Source of the DNA: Bacteroidota bacterium
GTDB taxonomy: Bacteria; Bacteroidota; Bacteroidia; Bacteroidales; GCA-2711565
Assembly (NCBI GenBank): GCA_018816945.1
Contig: JAHIVC010000030.1
Coordinates: 13,053-77,052, forward strand
Direction: 5' to 3'
DNA: 64,000 nucleotides
The position numbers were made by a program, and so were the translations under genes. The notes below the pieces were generated by a model. That model did no database searches. It was not told the origin of the DNA and saw only the letters and a program-made list of their open reading frames with translations. Positions 19,175-29,416 of this stretch are shown piece after piece (positions within the stretch are counted from its first letter, which is position 1; each line of letters begins with the position of its first letter).

Positions 19175-20179
19175 CTAAGTGATATTGGGGTCAACATGTA
19201 TTTTTATTAATTGGCGCATCTCTTCGACGTTAATCCAATCTTTATTTGTCCCGGAGTTATATCTGAATCCTTTTTGGACCTCCCAGCCATTAAAGTGGTT
19301 TAAAAATTTTTCTTTAGGAGCATCCGAAGGGAGGATTGCATAATACTTATCAAACTCGATGGTATTATAGGAGTCACTTTCGGTTATCATCTCTTCATGA
19401 AGCTTCTCCCCCGGTCTAATGCCAACGTCTTCAAGAATAGCATTAGGAGCAATTGCTTTTGCGACTGTTTCGATTTTATAGGAAGGGATTTTCGGAACGA
19501 AAATTTCGCCGCCCAGTGCGTTATTAATTGCCCAAAGTACCATTTCGACACCATCTTCCAGTGAAATATTAAAGCGGGTCATTTCTTTATGGGTTATAGG
19601 CAGAATATTCCCATTTTTTGCTTTTTGTAAAAAAAATGGAATAACAGAACCTCTGGAACCCATAACGTTTCCATATCTTACAACGGAAAAGCGAATATCT
19701 CTGTTCCCCTTGATATTATTTGCCGCAATAAACAATTTGTCTGACACCAACTTTGTGGCTCCGTACAAGTTGATAGGCGCAGCCGCTTTATCGGTTGAGA
19801 GGGCTATAACTGTTTTTACATTAGTAGATAAGGCTGCCTCTATAACATTTTGTGCCCCAATAATATTCGTTTTAATAAACTCATCCGGATTGTATTCGGC
19901 AGTAGGAACCTGTTTCAGCGCCGCAGTATGAATGATTAAGTCGATACCTTCCAACGCTCTTTTCAACCTGGAAAAATCCCTGACATCGCCGATAAAAAAC
20001 CTGACCTGAGGATATTGATTTTCGGGATATAAAAGGGACATTTCATATTGTTTCATCTCATCTCGTGAGAAAATAACGAGCCTGTTGATGTCAGGATACC
20101 TTTTTAGGATAGTTTCCGTAAATTTTTTACCGAAAGAACCGGTTCCACCGGTAATCAGAATTGATTTATAGCTTAGCAT
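19175..20179 (-). CDS. pseB: UDP-N-acetylglucosamine 4,6-dehydratase (inverting), PseB/FlaA1 type
   Basis: ILITGGTGSFGKKF, FIGDVRD, HTAALKQVPTAEYNP, LSTDKAAAPINLYGATKL, VRYGNVMGSRGSVIPFF, GIRPGEKLHEEM. Start set at the internal ATG 20179 (MLSYKS). Confidence 0.85.
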   Translation of the reverse strand: MLSYKSILITGGTGSFGKKFTETILKRYPDINRLVIFSRDEMKQYEMSLLYPENQYPQVRFFIGDVRDFSRLKRALEGIDLIIHTAALKQVPTAEYNPDEFIKTNIIGAQNVIEAALSTNVKTVIALSTDKAAAPINLYGATKLVSDKLFIAANNIKGNRDIRFSVVRYGNVMGSRGSVIPFFLQKAKNGNILPITHKEMTRFNISLEDGVEMVLWAINNALGGEIFVPKIPSYKIETVAKAIAPNAILEDVGIRPGEKLHEEMITESDSYNTIEFDKYYAILPSDAPKEKFLNHFNGWEVQKGFRYNSGTNKDWINVEEMRQLIKIHVDPNIT

Positions 20180-20251
20180 ATCTTTTTTTGATTCTATTAT
20201 TCTTAGGGAAGTGTTAATCTGGATTAATTTATTAAATATCAATATAAGTGC

Positions 20252-21094
20252 CTAGTATAAGCAAATTTGGTCGTACGGAAGGCATTTATGCATCATTTTT
20301 AAATACTCATGATCAATAAACTCATGGTTTTCCTGGTAGATCTCCGGCGAATTAAAATACTCTTCAAAACAAACGGACTCAAAATCCGGACTTTTAATCC
20401 CTTTTGGAAAAACACACAGAATTTCAATCCCCTCAGCTATTCTTACTATACTATCACGATAGTCTTTATTATCGATCCCAATAAATGGCGCAGGATAAGC
20501 ATAAAAATGACCTTCCATTTTGGGGCTTCCAAGATAATCGCAACCCAAAAGAATTGCTTTTGAGAAGCCAAGATACTTGGCAACACCTATCATAATGTGA
20601 AGAGCTCCAATACTTATGGCAAATTTTCCACCCAGATCACAACTTGTTGATGTTTTGTCTCCAAAATGATAAAAAAAGTTTAAGTTTTTTGGTGTTTTGA
20701 AAAACCCATAATAATTGGACAGACTAGTGAAAAAAGTTGTTCCCTTGTTTGTGAGAATAAGCTTTCTCATAATTGGGCCAATCATATTTCTTTGAAGCTT
20801 ATGTTGTGCTTTACTGTGTCGTATCGGATACAGTAGATATGGATCTGATATAACGCAGTATTGCATATTCAGATGATTGGTTCTATTATCAGTCAACGTA
20901 TAGCTGCATCCGATTGCAGGGACATTAGGTAAAGCAGAAAAGTCATAGTACTTCAGTGACCCTGCATTTCCAAAGATCAGACAGGTCTCTCCCTTGTGGA
21001 TATCCTTGAATTTAATGTTTTTCTCTACGACCGATTTTTTTGAATTCCAAAGAATACGATCTGCCTTGCGAAGGAATTTAATCAGGTACCCCAT
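20252..21094 (-). CDS. hypothetical protein with DUF115/GT42 (Cst-II-like) features; candidate nonulosonic acid transferase
   Basis: CLIFGNAGSLKYYDF (cf. GNGPSL) and ALHIMIGVAKYLGFSKAILLGCDY (cf. the helix plus GxD motif of Cst-II/Maf-type proteins). Resemblance judged by eye only. Confidence 0.4.
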   Translation of the reverse strand: MGYLIKFLRKADRILWNSKKSVVEKNIKFKDIHKGETCLIFGNAGSLKYYDFSALPNVPAIGCSYTLTDNRTNHLNMQYCVISDPYLLYPIRHSKAQHKLQRNMIGPIMRKLILTNKGTTFFTSLSNYYGFFKTPKNLNFFYHFGDKTSTSCDLGGKFAISIGALHIMIGVAKYLGFSKAILLGCDYLGSPKMEGHFYAYPAPFIGIDNKDYRDSIVRIAEGIEILCVFPKGIKSPDFESVCFEEYFNSPEIYQENHEFIDHEYLKMMHKCLPYDQICLY

Positions 21095-21177
21095 TCAACT
21101 TAGTTTTAACTAACATCATTTTTTTAAGAATAAATATTTTCAGGATTAAAGTTCTAATAATCCAGCCTGTGTCCTGT

Positions 21178-22242
21178 CTAATCAGCAATGGCTTCACTAA
21201 GATCTTCGAATTTTCCAACGTCCCTCCATCGCTCATAAATAGGATAGGCGATTGTCCGTTTTCCTTTTTTCCTAAGCATCTCGAAAAGAGAAGGCATGTC
21301 ACAATTTTCACCAGTTTTCAGTTGATCCAAACTCTCAGGATTCAGTACGTAAACACCGGCATTGATGCGTGACATTATTACGGGTTTTTCCTGAAAACCA
21401 ATGATATCTACACCATTAGTTTCAACAACCCCAAAGGGCTGTTGCCATTCATGCAGGCTTACAGCCATCGTGGCACTTGATTCGAAACGATTATGGAAAT
21501 CCAGTATATCGTTATATCGGATATTGGTCATAACATCGCCATTGCTTACGATAAAGGGTAGTGTGGGACGTGGATTCAATAGCGATAGTGCTCCTGCCGT
21601 TCCCAATGGAGTTTTTTCATGAAGGTATTCAATTCGAACCTGCCAGGGATCACCATTGCCGAAATAATCCTCAATTATATTGCCCAAATAATAAACGGCA
21701 AAAACAAAATGATTAAAGCCGTATGACTTTGCTCTTTCAATAATGTGCTCCAACATCGGTTTTCCGGCTATTGGCAACATCGGTTTAGGGCAGTTCTCCG
21801 TATGCGGGCGCAATCTTACCCCTATTCCTCCTGCCATGATAACCATGGTATTAGGTCTTTTTACCGGTAATTCATGGAATTGATCCCATAATAATAAGCC
21901 AACTACACATCTGTTTTCGTCAACTACAGGTAACTGCTGTATCCTGTTTGCCAACATCAAATTGATGGCCATTTCCTCTGAAATAGTCGGGGTCGCAACA
22001 AACGCCTTATAGTTTATAACCGACTGAATAGGACTGTTAAGATTCAATCCTCTCAATAGTCCCCTGCGTATATCTCCATCGGTTATAGTTCCTATTATGC
22101 GAGTATTCTCATCACATACTAATACGATCTGTAATTTGGTATCGTTCAGGTTTCGAACAGCCTGCTCAAGAGTAGAACTTAAAGGGAGTATTGTTTTGGC
22201 CCAATCCTGTTTCAATCTAATTGTTATACTAGATGGTGTCAT
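21178..22242 (-). CDS. CBS-domain sugar-1-phosphate nucleotidyltransferase (PtmE-like)
   Basis: N-terminal CBS pair (IGTITDGDIRRG, LPVVDENRCVVGLL) followed by MAGGIGVRLRPHTENCPKPMLPIAGKPML. Confidence 0.8.
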   Translation of the reverse strand: MTPSSITIRLKQDWAKTILPLSSTLEQAVRNLNDTKLQIVLVCDENTRIIGTITDGDIRRGLLRGLNLNSPIQSVINYKAFVATPTISEEMAINLMLANRIQQLPVVDENRCVVGLLLWDQFHELPVKRPNTMVIMAGGIGVRLRPHTENCPKPMLPIAGKPMLEHIIERAKSYGFNHFVFAVYYLGNIIEDYFGNGDPWQVRIEYLHEKTPLGTAGALSLLNPRPTLPFIVSNGDVMTNIRYNDILDFHNRFESSATMAVSLHEWQQPFGVVETNGVDIIGFQEKPVIMSRINAGVYVLNPESLDQLKTGENCDMPSLFEMLRKKGKRTIAYPIYERWRDVGKFEDLSEAIAD

Positions 22243-22249
22243 TGTTTAA

Positions 22250-23173
22250 TTAATTTGAATTAAGCGGCTTCGTAACTTTAAGGAACAATGTGTCTGCCTG
22301 ACCGCTAGATTGAAGATAAATATTCCAAAGCGTATCAGCCTCATTCTCAATGCCCGGTAATCTATTGGTGTTGCCTGTAGGACGACGCTGGATCAGCCAG
22401 GATAACATGTTTGACATATTCATTGTGTGCAGATATCGTTCTGATTCAATGGTATAGCCTGATTCAATAGCACATCGTTTTAAACTTTTACAATCGAAGT
22501 ACCAGCGGTGGACTATTCGGTAGAAAAACGCAGGGAATTCTTCGGGCAGTAGTTTCATCATAATATCATTCCGGTTGGGTGTGGCAATCAGTAATGTACC
22601 ACCGGGTTTCAATAATGTAAAAATTTCGGCAAGAAAAGTTCGAGGATTTTGTACATGCTCAATTACCTGAAATGTAACTGCAAGGTCAACACTATCAGGT
22701 CTTATGGCAATTGCTTCGCTGGCATAGCTATATACTTCATAACCACGCTTTCGTAATGAATTCTGGTACATTGCCGTTGGCTCAATTGCAATGATTTTTT
22801 CGGCTAAACCGGAAATATGATCAATAAAGGAACCTGCACCGCATCCGATATCTGCAACTGTTTTACCGCGAAATGAGCCAGGCCAAGCTGCGGTTAGATG
22901 GTGAATCTGAATAGGATCAGCTTGATGAAAGAAATCTGCTACCTCTAAACCCTGATCAACGGCAACCCTATATTCCTTGGTTTCATACGCTTTTGCATCA
23001 ATTGAATCGGACTCAGCCAACCTGCCAACTCCACAGCCGTTACAAATTGCAACAGTTCCGTCATTTTTAAAAGAGCCAAAGCCACCGGACCGTACCGGCC
23101 CTTCGTATATTGACACCCAGGAATCTGTACCACAGATTTCGCATGGACCAAATTTTTTATCAATTCTTATCAT
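22250..23173 (-). CDS. class I SAM-dependent methyltransferase with N-terminal Cys4 zinc ribbon
   Basis: CEICGTDSW...CNGCGVGRL, then VADIGCGAGSF (motif I). Confidence 0.75.
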   Translation of the reverse strand: MIRIDKKFGPCEICGTDSWVSIYEGPVRSGGFGSFKNDGTVAICNGCGVGRLAESDSIDAKAYETKEYRVAVDQGLEVADFFHQADPIQIHHLTAAWPGSFRGKTVADIGCGAGSFIDHISGLAEKIIAIEPTAMYQNSLRKRGYEVYSYASEAIAIRPDSVDLAVTFQVIEHVQNPRTFLAEIFTLLKPGGTLLIATPNRNDIMMKLLPEEFPAFFYRIVHRWYFDCKSLKRCAIESGYTIESERYLHTMNMSNMLSWLIQRRPTGNTNRLPGIENEADTLWNIYLQSSGQADTLFLKVTKPLNSN

Positions 23174-23248
23174 GAGTTATTATTGTCAGAAATGACCAGA
23201 AATGGTCAATATTAAGTTATAATTTCTCAGCGAATCCTTTACCATTCA

Positions 23249-24229
23249 TTATGCCTGATCATACCAGGAATTGGTGGAAGCATTCGCCATGGTTGGAATG
23301 TCATTGGTATCGAGGCGAGGTAGTTCAAATCTTCGGTGTGGATTTATACTGGCAATGTCAACATTAGTTGTCAGTGCCAATTTACATCCTTTTTTGTTAA
23401 TAATATGTATTGTATCAGCATTATAGCTTCCATAAGGATAGGACATTGTCCAGTTATCTAAATTAGCCCCAATTAATTTTAAAAATTCCAATGATTTATC
23501 AATTTCAGTTTCTTGTTTTTCCTTTTGTAAATCACTAAGCCAATTATGGTCAAAACCATGACTACCAATATGCATTCCGAATTGTCTCATTATCTTGATC
23601 TGGTCAATGCTCATATATAATTCATGGGCAAATGCACTCTCAGAAATCCCTATGAATCTTTCGAAAAGGATATTCGTAATAATTTTTCTTAATTTTTCTC
23701 CTAATCCTCTCTGCAACAATCTTTTAATGAAGATGGTGTCGGCAGTATCAAACCTGTCAGGAATGGCAAATTTCTTATAAAGGTATTTGTTCGATTCAAG
23801 TTTGAATTCCTCGCGATATTGATCCAGAAGATTAAATATTTCATTGATGATTTTGTCATTACCTGCGCCTGAAGCCAGTATATGATGTATTTTATTAACA
23901 TCTAATACAATATGCTCTTCGATCGCCTTAGCCGGAGGATAAAATGAACCCTGAATATTATTTTTTACCAAAACCGGAAAGACCTGGGTAAAATGGTCAA
24001 TATAAGCATCATCAAAAGTGAGTAAAGCTGATTTATCCGGCAATGGTGTTTTATTATCAATGGAATCAATTAATTGCTCCATTGTTATAATTGTATAATG
24101 ATTCTTTATATAGGCTATCTGATCTTTGAAATGTTCAGTATCCAGACCTTTAATTCCGGGGTATCTGCTGTTCTTAAGATCCCTGACATAATGGTACAAT
24201 ATAATACTTACCCGTCTATTCATTTCCAT
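23249..24229 (-). CDS. polysaccharide deacetylase (NodB-homology domain)
   Basis: LTFDDAYIDH and GSHGFDH metal/catalytic motifs. Confidence 0.8.
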   Translation of the reverse strand: MEMNRRVSIILYHYVRDLKNSRYPGIKGLDTEHFKDQIAYIKNHYTIITMEQLIDSIDNKTPLPDKSALLTFDDAYIDHFTQVFPVLVKNNIQGSFYPPAKAIEEHIVLDVNKIHHILASGAGNDKIINEIFNLLDQYREEFKLESNKYLYKKFAIPDRFDTADTIFIKRLLQRGLGEKLRKIITNILFERFIGISESAFAHELYMSIDQIKIMRQFGMHIGSHGFDHNWLSDLQKEKQETEIDKSLEFLKLIGANLDNWTMSYPYGSYNADTIHIINKKGCKLALTTNVDIASINPHRRFELPRLDTNDIPTMANASTNSWYDQA

Positions 24230-25253
24230 CTTTTATGATGCTTGGCCTGTCCTGATCCGCATCACCCTTAAAAATAATGTAATCAGAATATTGCATTTTA
24301 ATTGCAAAATTAATCGCCACATTTCGTTGTTCAAAAGGTTCGAAATAGTTGGGTATAATGGTGTCACCTTCAGGATCCAGTTTTACGAAACCCATTCTGG
24401 CAAATATTGCCTCATCTATTCCGTAATTGCAACAATCGATGTATTCTGATTCCTCCTTCATTATTAATTTCTGAAGCTGATGATAAGCTCTTCCAATGCT
24501 ATTTATTTCACCATAAATGTCAACAAGCCTTAAACAGGATGAATTGTTTGCAAATTGTTTTCTTATAACGAAAATTGCAAATATGGCAGTCCCTTCATAA
24601 ATGCCAAAAAAACGGTACTTATATATTGGGTGATTCTGGTATCTGTTTATAAGATAGGTGATCGATTTTTGAGGGTGAAATGGATGAGAAAGAGAAAAGT
24701 CAGATGACAACCGAATCTCCTTGATTAGCACCTCATCAGGTAACCTAATTTCTGCCTCATTTTTTCTTCCTGGTTTGGCAATAGTATACTGTTTTACTGA
24801 ATCTGACAGGATATAATATTGGTTCAGATAACCGGTTTTTTGTCTGGTCAGTTTGTATAAATTCAAAGCTATATCTGTGTTAGATACCGAGACATGCGAC
24901 AATGGTTTAACTTCATCGTGAAAAAACTGCATGATATTCATACCTAAACCGTAAGGGGCATCGTCTGTAACCTTCCAAATCGCACCCCAGGTATCTTTGT
25001 TTGTACTCAGATCTTTGTCAAATTGTGATGTTGGAATAAATCCAAAGATTCCGAGTATTCGGTTTGATCCGGTTTCTCTGGCTATGATGAAATTAATAAA
25101 ACTACCATCCAGATGCTGCCATTTTAATAAGGCTGGACATTTAACAAATATATGATCGTCTTTCCAATATTTTTGGAGAAAATCGACGAGGTCACAAAAT
25201 TCAGAGGCATTACACCGGCTTATCTTATATCTATTCTCTAATGTGTCAGCCAT
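24216..25253 (-). CDS. hypothetical protein; candidate N-acyltransferase of the acyl-ACP cassette
   Basis: Intact 345-aa ORF overlapping the downstream gene by 14 nt. No confident motif; role inferred from position only. Confidence 0.35.
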   Translation of the reverse strand: MADTLENRYKISRCNASEFCDLVDFLQKYWKDDHIFVKCPALLKWQHLDGSFINFIIARETGSNRILGIFGFIPTSQFDKDLSTNKDTWGAIWKVTDDAPYGLGMNIMQFFHDEVKPLSHVSVSNTDIALNLYKLTRQKTGYLNQYYILSDSVKQYTIAKPGRKNEAEIRLPDEVLIKEIRLSSDFSLSHPFHPQKSITYLINRYQNHPIYKYRFFGIYEGTAIFAIFVIRKQFANNSSCLRLVDIYGEINSIGRAYHQLQKLIMKEESEYIDCCNYGIDEAIFARMGFVKLDPEGDTIIPNYFEPFEQRNVAINFAIKMQYSDYIIFKGDADQDRPSIIKDGNE

Positions 25254-25262
25254 TTTCTCCTA

Positions 25263-26606
25263 TTAGGTACTCCGTATCTTTTTAAACCTTTCATTATACT
25301 GGGTATTTTCGAGGATATTTATCTTAACTGGAATCATAAAGCTTTTCATCCTGCTGAAACAATGTTTTTTAAGCCGGGAAATGAATTCTTTCTTTTCTTC
25401 AGGTTCTTTTAAAGTGACATTTGCACAAACAATGTTTCCTATAATGGTATTTTTTTCACCATAAACGGTAACTTCACGTACATTACCCAATTCCAAAATA
25501 ATATTTTCAACTTCCTGAGGATACACCTTTTCGCCCCCGACATTGATTAGTTCTGATTTTCTTCCCAGTATTTTGAGGTATTCTCCGTTTACTTCAACAC
25601 TATCACCCGTAATGAACCATCCGTCATCTGTAAATGGACTAGGTGCATTTAAATATCCTAACATCGCGGAGTCCGCTTTAATTTGTAAAATGCCATCAAC
25701 AACCCTTGTCTGATACCCACTGCCCCCCACTTTCACCCATAGGGAATCGTCACTCTTCGATTTTGTGCGGAGTACTCCCAATTCTATTAAACCATAGGTT
25801 TGCTGAAGTTTAATATTTGGAAAGATGCTCTTTAATTTCTTCAGTGTGAATTCCGGCATTGGTTCTGTACCATAGGACATTATCTGCAAACTACTTAAAT
25901 CAAAATGAAGATAAGACTCGCTCATTAACATCAGGTTAAAGAAAGTCGGTGAGGCGGGCAGTAATTCGATGTGGTGTTTTTGAATAAAGGCACAGATGGC
26001 ATCCGGTGACCGGTCTTTGGTTGTAAGTACAACCCCGGCATTGGAAAGTGTATGGAACATCGTGTTCAAACCTCCCCAATGATCGAACATTAAAAAATTG
26101 ACGGTTTTTAATGCCCGTCTTGGCGTTTTGAATTTTTCGAGTAATCTGGTGAAATCGTGAACAGCTCCTTTGGGTGTACCTGAAGTACCTGAAGTGAATA
26201 ATACCAATCCAGCCACTTTTCTTAATCGTAGTTCAGTGTAAAAAGGATGTTTAGCCTTTACATCGAAATTTTTAACACTAAATGTATCAAATTCGCTGAT
26301 AAAAATTGCCTTTTCAGCCTGAGAAATCCGGTATTTTTCAGAATAATCAGATTTAGAACCGTTATTAAGCGGAATAATAATGTTTTCATTTTCAATTAGT
26401 GAAAGTAATACCGCCACACATTCTGGTGAAAAGTCTCCAATAAGTGCTACTAAATCGCCCGGTCTGATCAATAATTCAGCGAGTTTATCCTCCCAATAGG
26501 ATATTCTGTTCAGTAACCATTCATAATTAAACTCCTGATCCTTCCAGATGATTGCAGTAGTGTTTGTGTTTTTCTCAAATATGTTAATCAGAAAATCTAT
26601 ATGCAT
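25263..26606 (-). CDS. AMP-dependent acyl-CoA/acyl-ACP synthetase (adenylate-forming ligase)
   Basis: LFTSGTSGTPKGAVH (AMP-binding motif), YGLIE, GDSVEV...LGRKSELINVGGEKV. Start placed at ATG 26606 (MHIDFL); the alternative ATG 26648 overlaps fabH-like by 28 nt. Confidence 0.8.
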   Translation of the reverse strand: MHIDFLINIFEKNTNTTAIIWKDQEFNYEWLLNRISYWEDKLAELLIRPGDLVALIGDFSPECVAVLLSLIENENIIIPLNNGSKSDYSEKYRISQAEKAIFISEFDTFSVKNFDVKAKHPFYTELRLRKVAGLVLFTSGTSGTPKGAVHDFTRLLEKFKTPRRALKTVNFLMFDHWGGLNTMFHTLSNAGVVLTTKDRSPDAICAFIQKHHIELLPASPTFFNLMLMSESYLHFDLSSLQIMSYGTEPMPEFTLKKLKSIFPNIKLQQTYGLIELGVLRTKSKSDDSLWVKVGGSGYQTRVVDGILQIKADSAMLGYLNAPSPFTDDGWFITGDSVEVNGEYLKILGRKSELINVGGEKVYPQEVENIILELGNVREVTVYGEKNTIIGNIVCANVTLKEPEEKKEFISRLKKHCFSRMKSFMIPVKINILENTQYNERFKKIRST

Positions 26607-26620
26607 AAGATAATTGAATG

Positions 26621-27628
26621 TTAGTATCTCATAATTATGGTACCCCATGATAAACCTACACCAAAACCCGAAAGGAGGATCAGGTCGCCATTTTTCAATT
26701 TTCCTTCATTTTCTGCATCTTTTAATGCCACAGGAATTGAAGCCGAGACCAGGTTGCCTTTGTTTCCGAGATTTATAAATACTTTCTCAATGTCAATTTT
26801 GACAGCATTTATCAATGACTCAATAGTCATTTTACTTGCTTGATGAAAAATGAACAAGTCAATATCATTGGCCGAGAAGCCATTTCTACTGAGGATTTCA
26901 TTGATTTGTTTTGGGACCGTTGAAGCGATAAATTTCCAAACTCCGAATCCATTCATGTGAATATTCTCAGGAGAATGGATATTCCCGCTTGCATCAACTT
27001 CTGCAACAGATGTTTTCTGTGATTTCGGGATACGGCATCCACCTGAAGGTATATAAAAGAAATCGAAGTCCTTGCCCGAACTAGCAAGCATAACATCAAT
27101 TATTCCTTCTGTTTCAGTTTTTGTAATTAACGAAGCAGCGGCTCCATCTCCGAATAATATTCTGGCTGATCTGTCTCCAGGATGTATATATTTTGAATAA
27201 GTGTCTGCAGTAATTAATAAAATATTTGTTGCTAAGGAAGTTGCAACAAAACCTCTTGCGATTGAAAGTCCGTAGATAAATCCTGAACAGGCAAGATTGA
27301 AATCAAAAGCAAAAGCAGACTGTCTGAGATTCAGGTACCTGTGAATTAAAAAAGCATTCGATGGCATAATATAGTCTGGACTTTGGGTACAGAAAATAAC
27401 ACCATCAATAGCTCCTTTTAAATCCTCATCGTTCAGAAATAATTTATCACAAGCAATACAGGCAAGGTCAAAAGCTGTTTCATTTACAGCTGCAATATGT
27501 CGACTGTATACACCTGATTTTTCAGAGAGTTTTTCCATATCCCATTCGGGATTCTCTTTCTGAAGATCGATATTCGTAACTATCTTCTCTGGTAAATGAT
27601 AACTAATCTGTGAAATTTTAATATTCAT
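26621..27628 (-). CDS. 3-oxoacyl-ACP synthase III (FabH-like KASIII)
   Basis: FDFNLACSGFIYGL (active-site Cys), FHQASKM (His), GNLVSASIP (Asn), C-terminal SGFGVGLSWG. Confidence 0.85.
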   Translation of the reverse strand: MNIKISQISYHLPEKIVTNIDLQKENPEWDMEKLSEKSGVYSRHIAAVNETAFDLACIACDKLFLNDEDLKGAIDGVIFCTQSPDYIMPSNAFLIHRYLNLRQSAFAFDFNLACSGFIYGLSIARGFVATSLATNILLITADTYSKYIHPGDRSARILFGDGAAASLITKTETEGIIDVMLASSGKDFDFFYIPSGGCRIPKSQKTSVAEVDASGNIHSPENIHMNGFGVWKFIASTVPKQINEILSRNGFSANDIDLFIFHQASKMTIESLINAVKIDIEKVFINLGNKGNLVSASIPVALKDAENEGKLKNGDLILLSGFGVGLSWGTIIMRY

Positions 27629-28254
27629 CAGGTATTGATAATATTAATCAACTCTTTGTTGGAATTCTTTTCAGATACAAGCGTAGTATTTTCACTATGA
27701 CCCGGGAAGATATTTATATCAATAAAAGTTTCGGTTATCCTTTTTAAGGAGTTTTTGATCTTGTCCTTATTTCCACCGGGCAGATCTGTCCTTCCAAGAT
27801 GGTTCTTCATTAACACATCCCCTGTAAATAAATTATTATCAAAATAAAAACAAACTCCTCCCTCTGTATGACCTGGTGTATGGATCACTTTTATTCTTAC
27901 AAATTTGAAATCAAGTGTATCAGCGTCGTTTATAAAAAAGTCGAGTGAAGGGATTTCTATTTTTTCAGAACCATTTATTATTTTCGAATAAAAGCCGGCA
28001 TGCTTCACCAGTATTTTATCTGCTGGATGAATATAAACTTGTGTTTTATATTTACGTCTTAATTTTTCAACATTAAAGATGTGATCGTAGTGTCCGTGGG
28101 TTAGAAGGATTGCTTTCAATGATAGACCTGACAAATAGTTGATAATAGTTTCATATTCTCCACCAGCGTCAATAATAATAGCATCAATGCCATTTTCAAT
28201 GATATAGCAATTTGAACCTACACCAGCACCAATTATTTTAATAATGTTTGTCAT
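27628..28254 (-). CDS. MBL-fold metallo-hydrolase (glyoxalase II-like, possible thioesterase)
   Basis: LLTHGHYDH metal motif, HTPGHTEG, GRTDLPGG. Confidence 0.8.
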   Translation of the reverse strand: MTNIIKIIGAGVGSNCYIIENGIDAIIIDAGGEYETIINYLSGLSLKAILLTHGHYDHIFNVEKLRRKYKTQVYIHPADKILVKHAGFYSKIINGSEKIEIPSLDFFINDADTLDFKFVRIKVIHTPGHTEGGVCFYFDNNLFTGDVLMKNHLGRTDLPGGNKDKIKNSLKRITETFIDINIFPGHSENTTLVSEKNSNKELINIINT

Positions 28255-28311
28255 TAAAAAAAATAGGAATCTTTAAATTATAAAGATATAAGTTTAAAAA
28301 ACCATATGTGG

Positions 28312-29010
28312 TCAAACCCCTCCCAAATAGATGTTTTGTCCTGTAACAAAGTCACTGCCTTCGCTTATATAAAAATCTATCACGTTAGAGATGTCCCTGA
28401 ATTCACAATATCGCTTTATCGCCTGACGATTAATCATGTGTGAAAATTTCTCTTCTGGAATTCCTCTGATCAGACCGGTTTTGACAGGCGATGGGCCAAC
28501 CGTATTAACAGTGATATTGTAAGATGCGAGTTCTCTAGCAATCACTTCAGTGAAGTTAACGATCGCTGCCTTAGACGCAGCATAAACTGCAGTGCCTTCT
28601 AATTTTAAAGGAGTATCGACAGAAACGACATTAACTATCCTGCCCCAATTCTTTTTAACCATTGCTTTGGCAGCTTCACGGCAAAAAAGAAAAGTGCCGA
28701 TAAAATTAGTATTAACAATATTTTCAGCTGTTTTTGTTGGAAATAGTAATAAATGGTTAGTGGAAGCAAATCCCGCATTGTTAATAAGGATATCGATCCT
28801 TTTAAAGTTCCTCATAACGTGGTTGATCATTGCCTTAACATCTTTTTCAATAGATACATCAAGTAAAAAATGTGTATAGTTCTCATTTTCAATACTTGTC
28901 TCTCTTCGGCTGCATCCAATCACTTGGTATCCTTTAGATACATAGTACTCTGCCAGGTATTTCCCAATGCCTGAACTAGTGCCTGTAATAACCATTACTT
29001 TTCTGTCCAC
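28312..29010 (-). CDS. SDR-family ketoreductase (FabG-like)
   Basis: VITGTSSGIGKY, NNAG, YAASKAAIVNFT (YxxxK). Confidence 0.85.
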   Translation of the reverse strand: MDRKVMVITGTSSGIGKYLAEYYVSKGYQVIGCSRRETSIENENYTHFLLDVSIEKDVKAMINHVMRNFKRIDILINNAGFASTNHLLLFPTKTAENIVNTNFIGTFLFCREAAKAMVKKNWGRIVNVVSVDTPLKLEGTAVYAASKAAIVNFTEVIARELASYNITVNTVGPSPVKTGLIRGIPEEKFSHMINRQAIKRYCEFRDISNVIDFYISEGSDFVTGQNIYLGGV

Positions 29011-29026
29011 TATATATTTATTTCTA

Positions 29027-29329
29027 TTATTTGCTTTTGGATTCAGCTATCAGCTTTTCAATAAACTCTGCCAGCGCACTTACAGTTCTGAAAGGACTGC
29101 TAGCCATCATCATTGCCCTTTCATCAGCTAAAGTTATTTCTACATTCAGTTCATCATTAACAGATTGTTCGAGTGAGACTATCAGGTTTATTAGTCCCAA
29201 TGAATCAAGAACACCATTTTGCCCCAAGAACTTTGTATTCTCTGTTTTAGATATTTGCTCTTCAGATCCTCTATGCTCATTTATTTCATCTATTGTTTTA
29301 TAAATTAATTCAACGATTTTATCTTTCAT
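29027..29329 (-). CDS. acyl carrier protein (phosphopantetheine-binding)
   Basis: 100 aa, acidic, with the GVLDSLGLINLI (DSL serine attachment) motif. Confidence 0.75.
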   Translation of the reverse strand: MKDKIVELIYKTIDEINEHRGSEEQISKTENTKFLGQNGVLDSLGLINLIVSLEQSVNDELNVEITLADERAMMMASSPFRTVSALAEFIEKLIAESKSK

Positions 29330-29416
29330 ATAGTCAAAATTTCATGGTTTAAATTTAGAAATTGTATTATTGGAAATTCAGAAATCTATAAATATTATTT
29401 AATTAATCAGCATATA

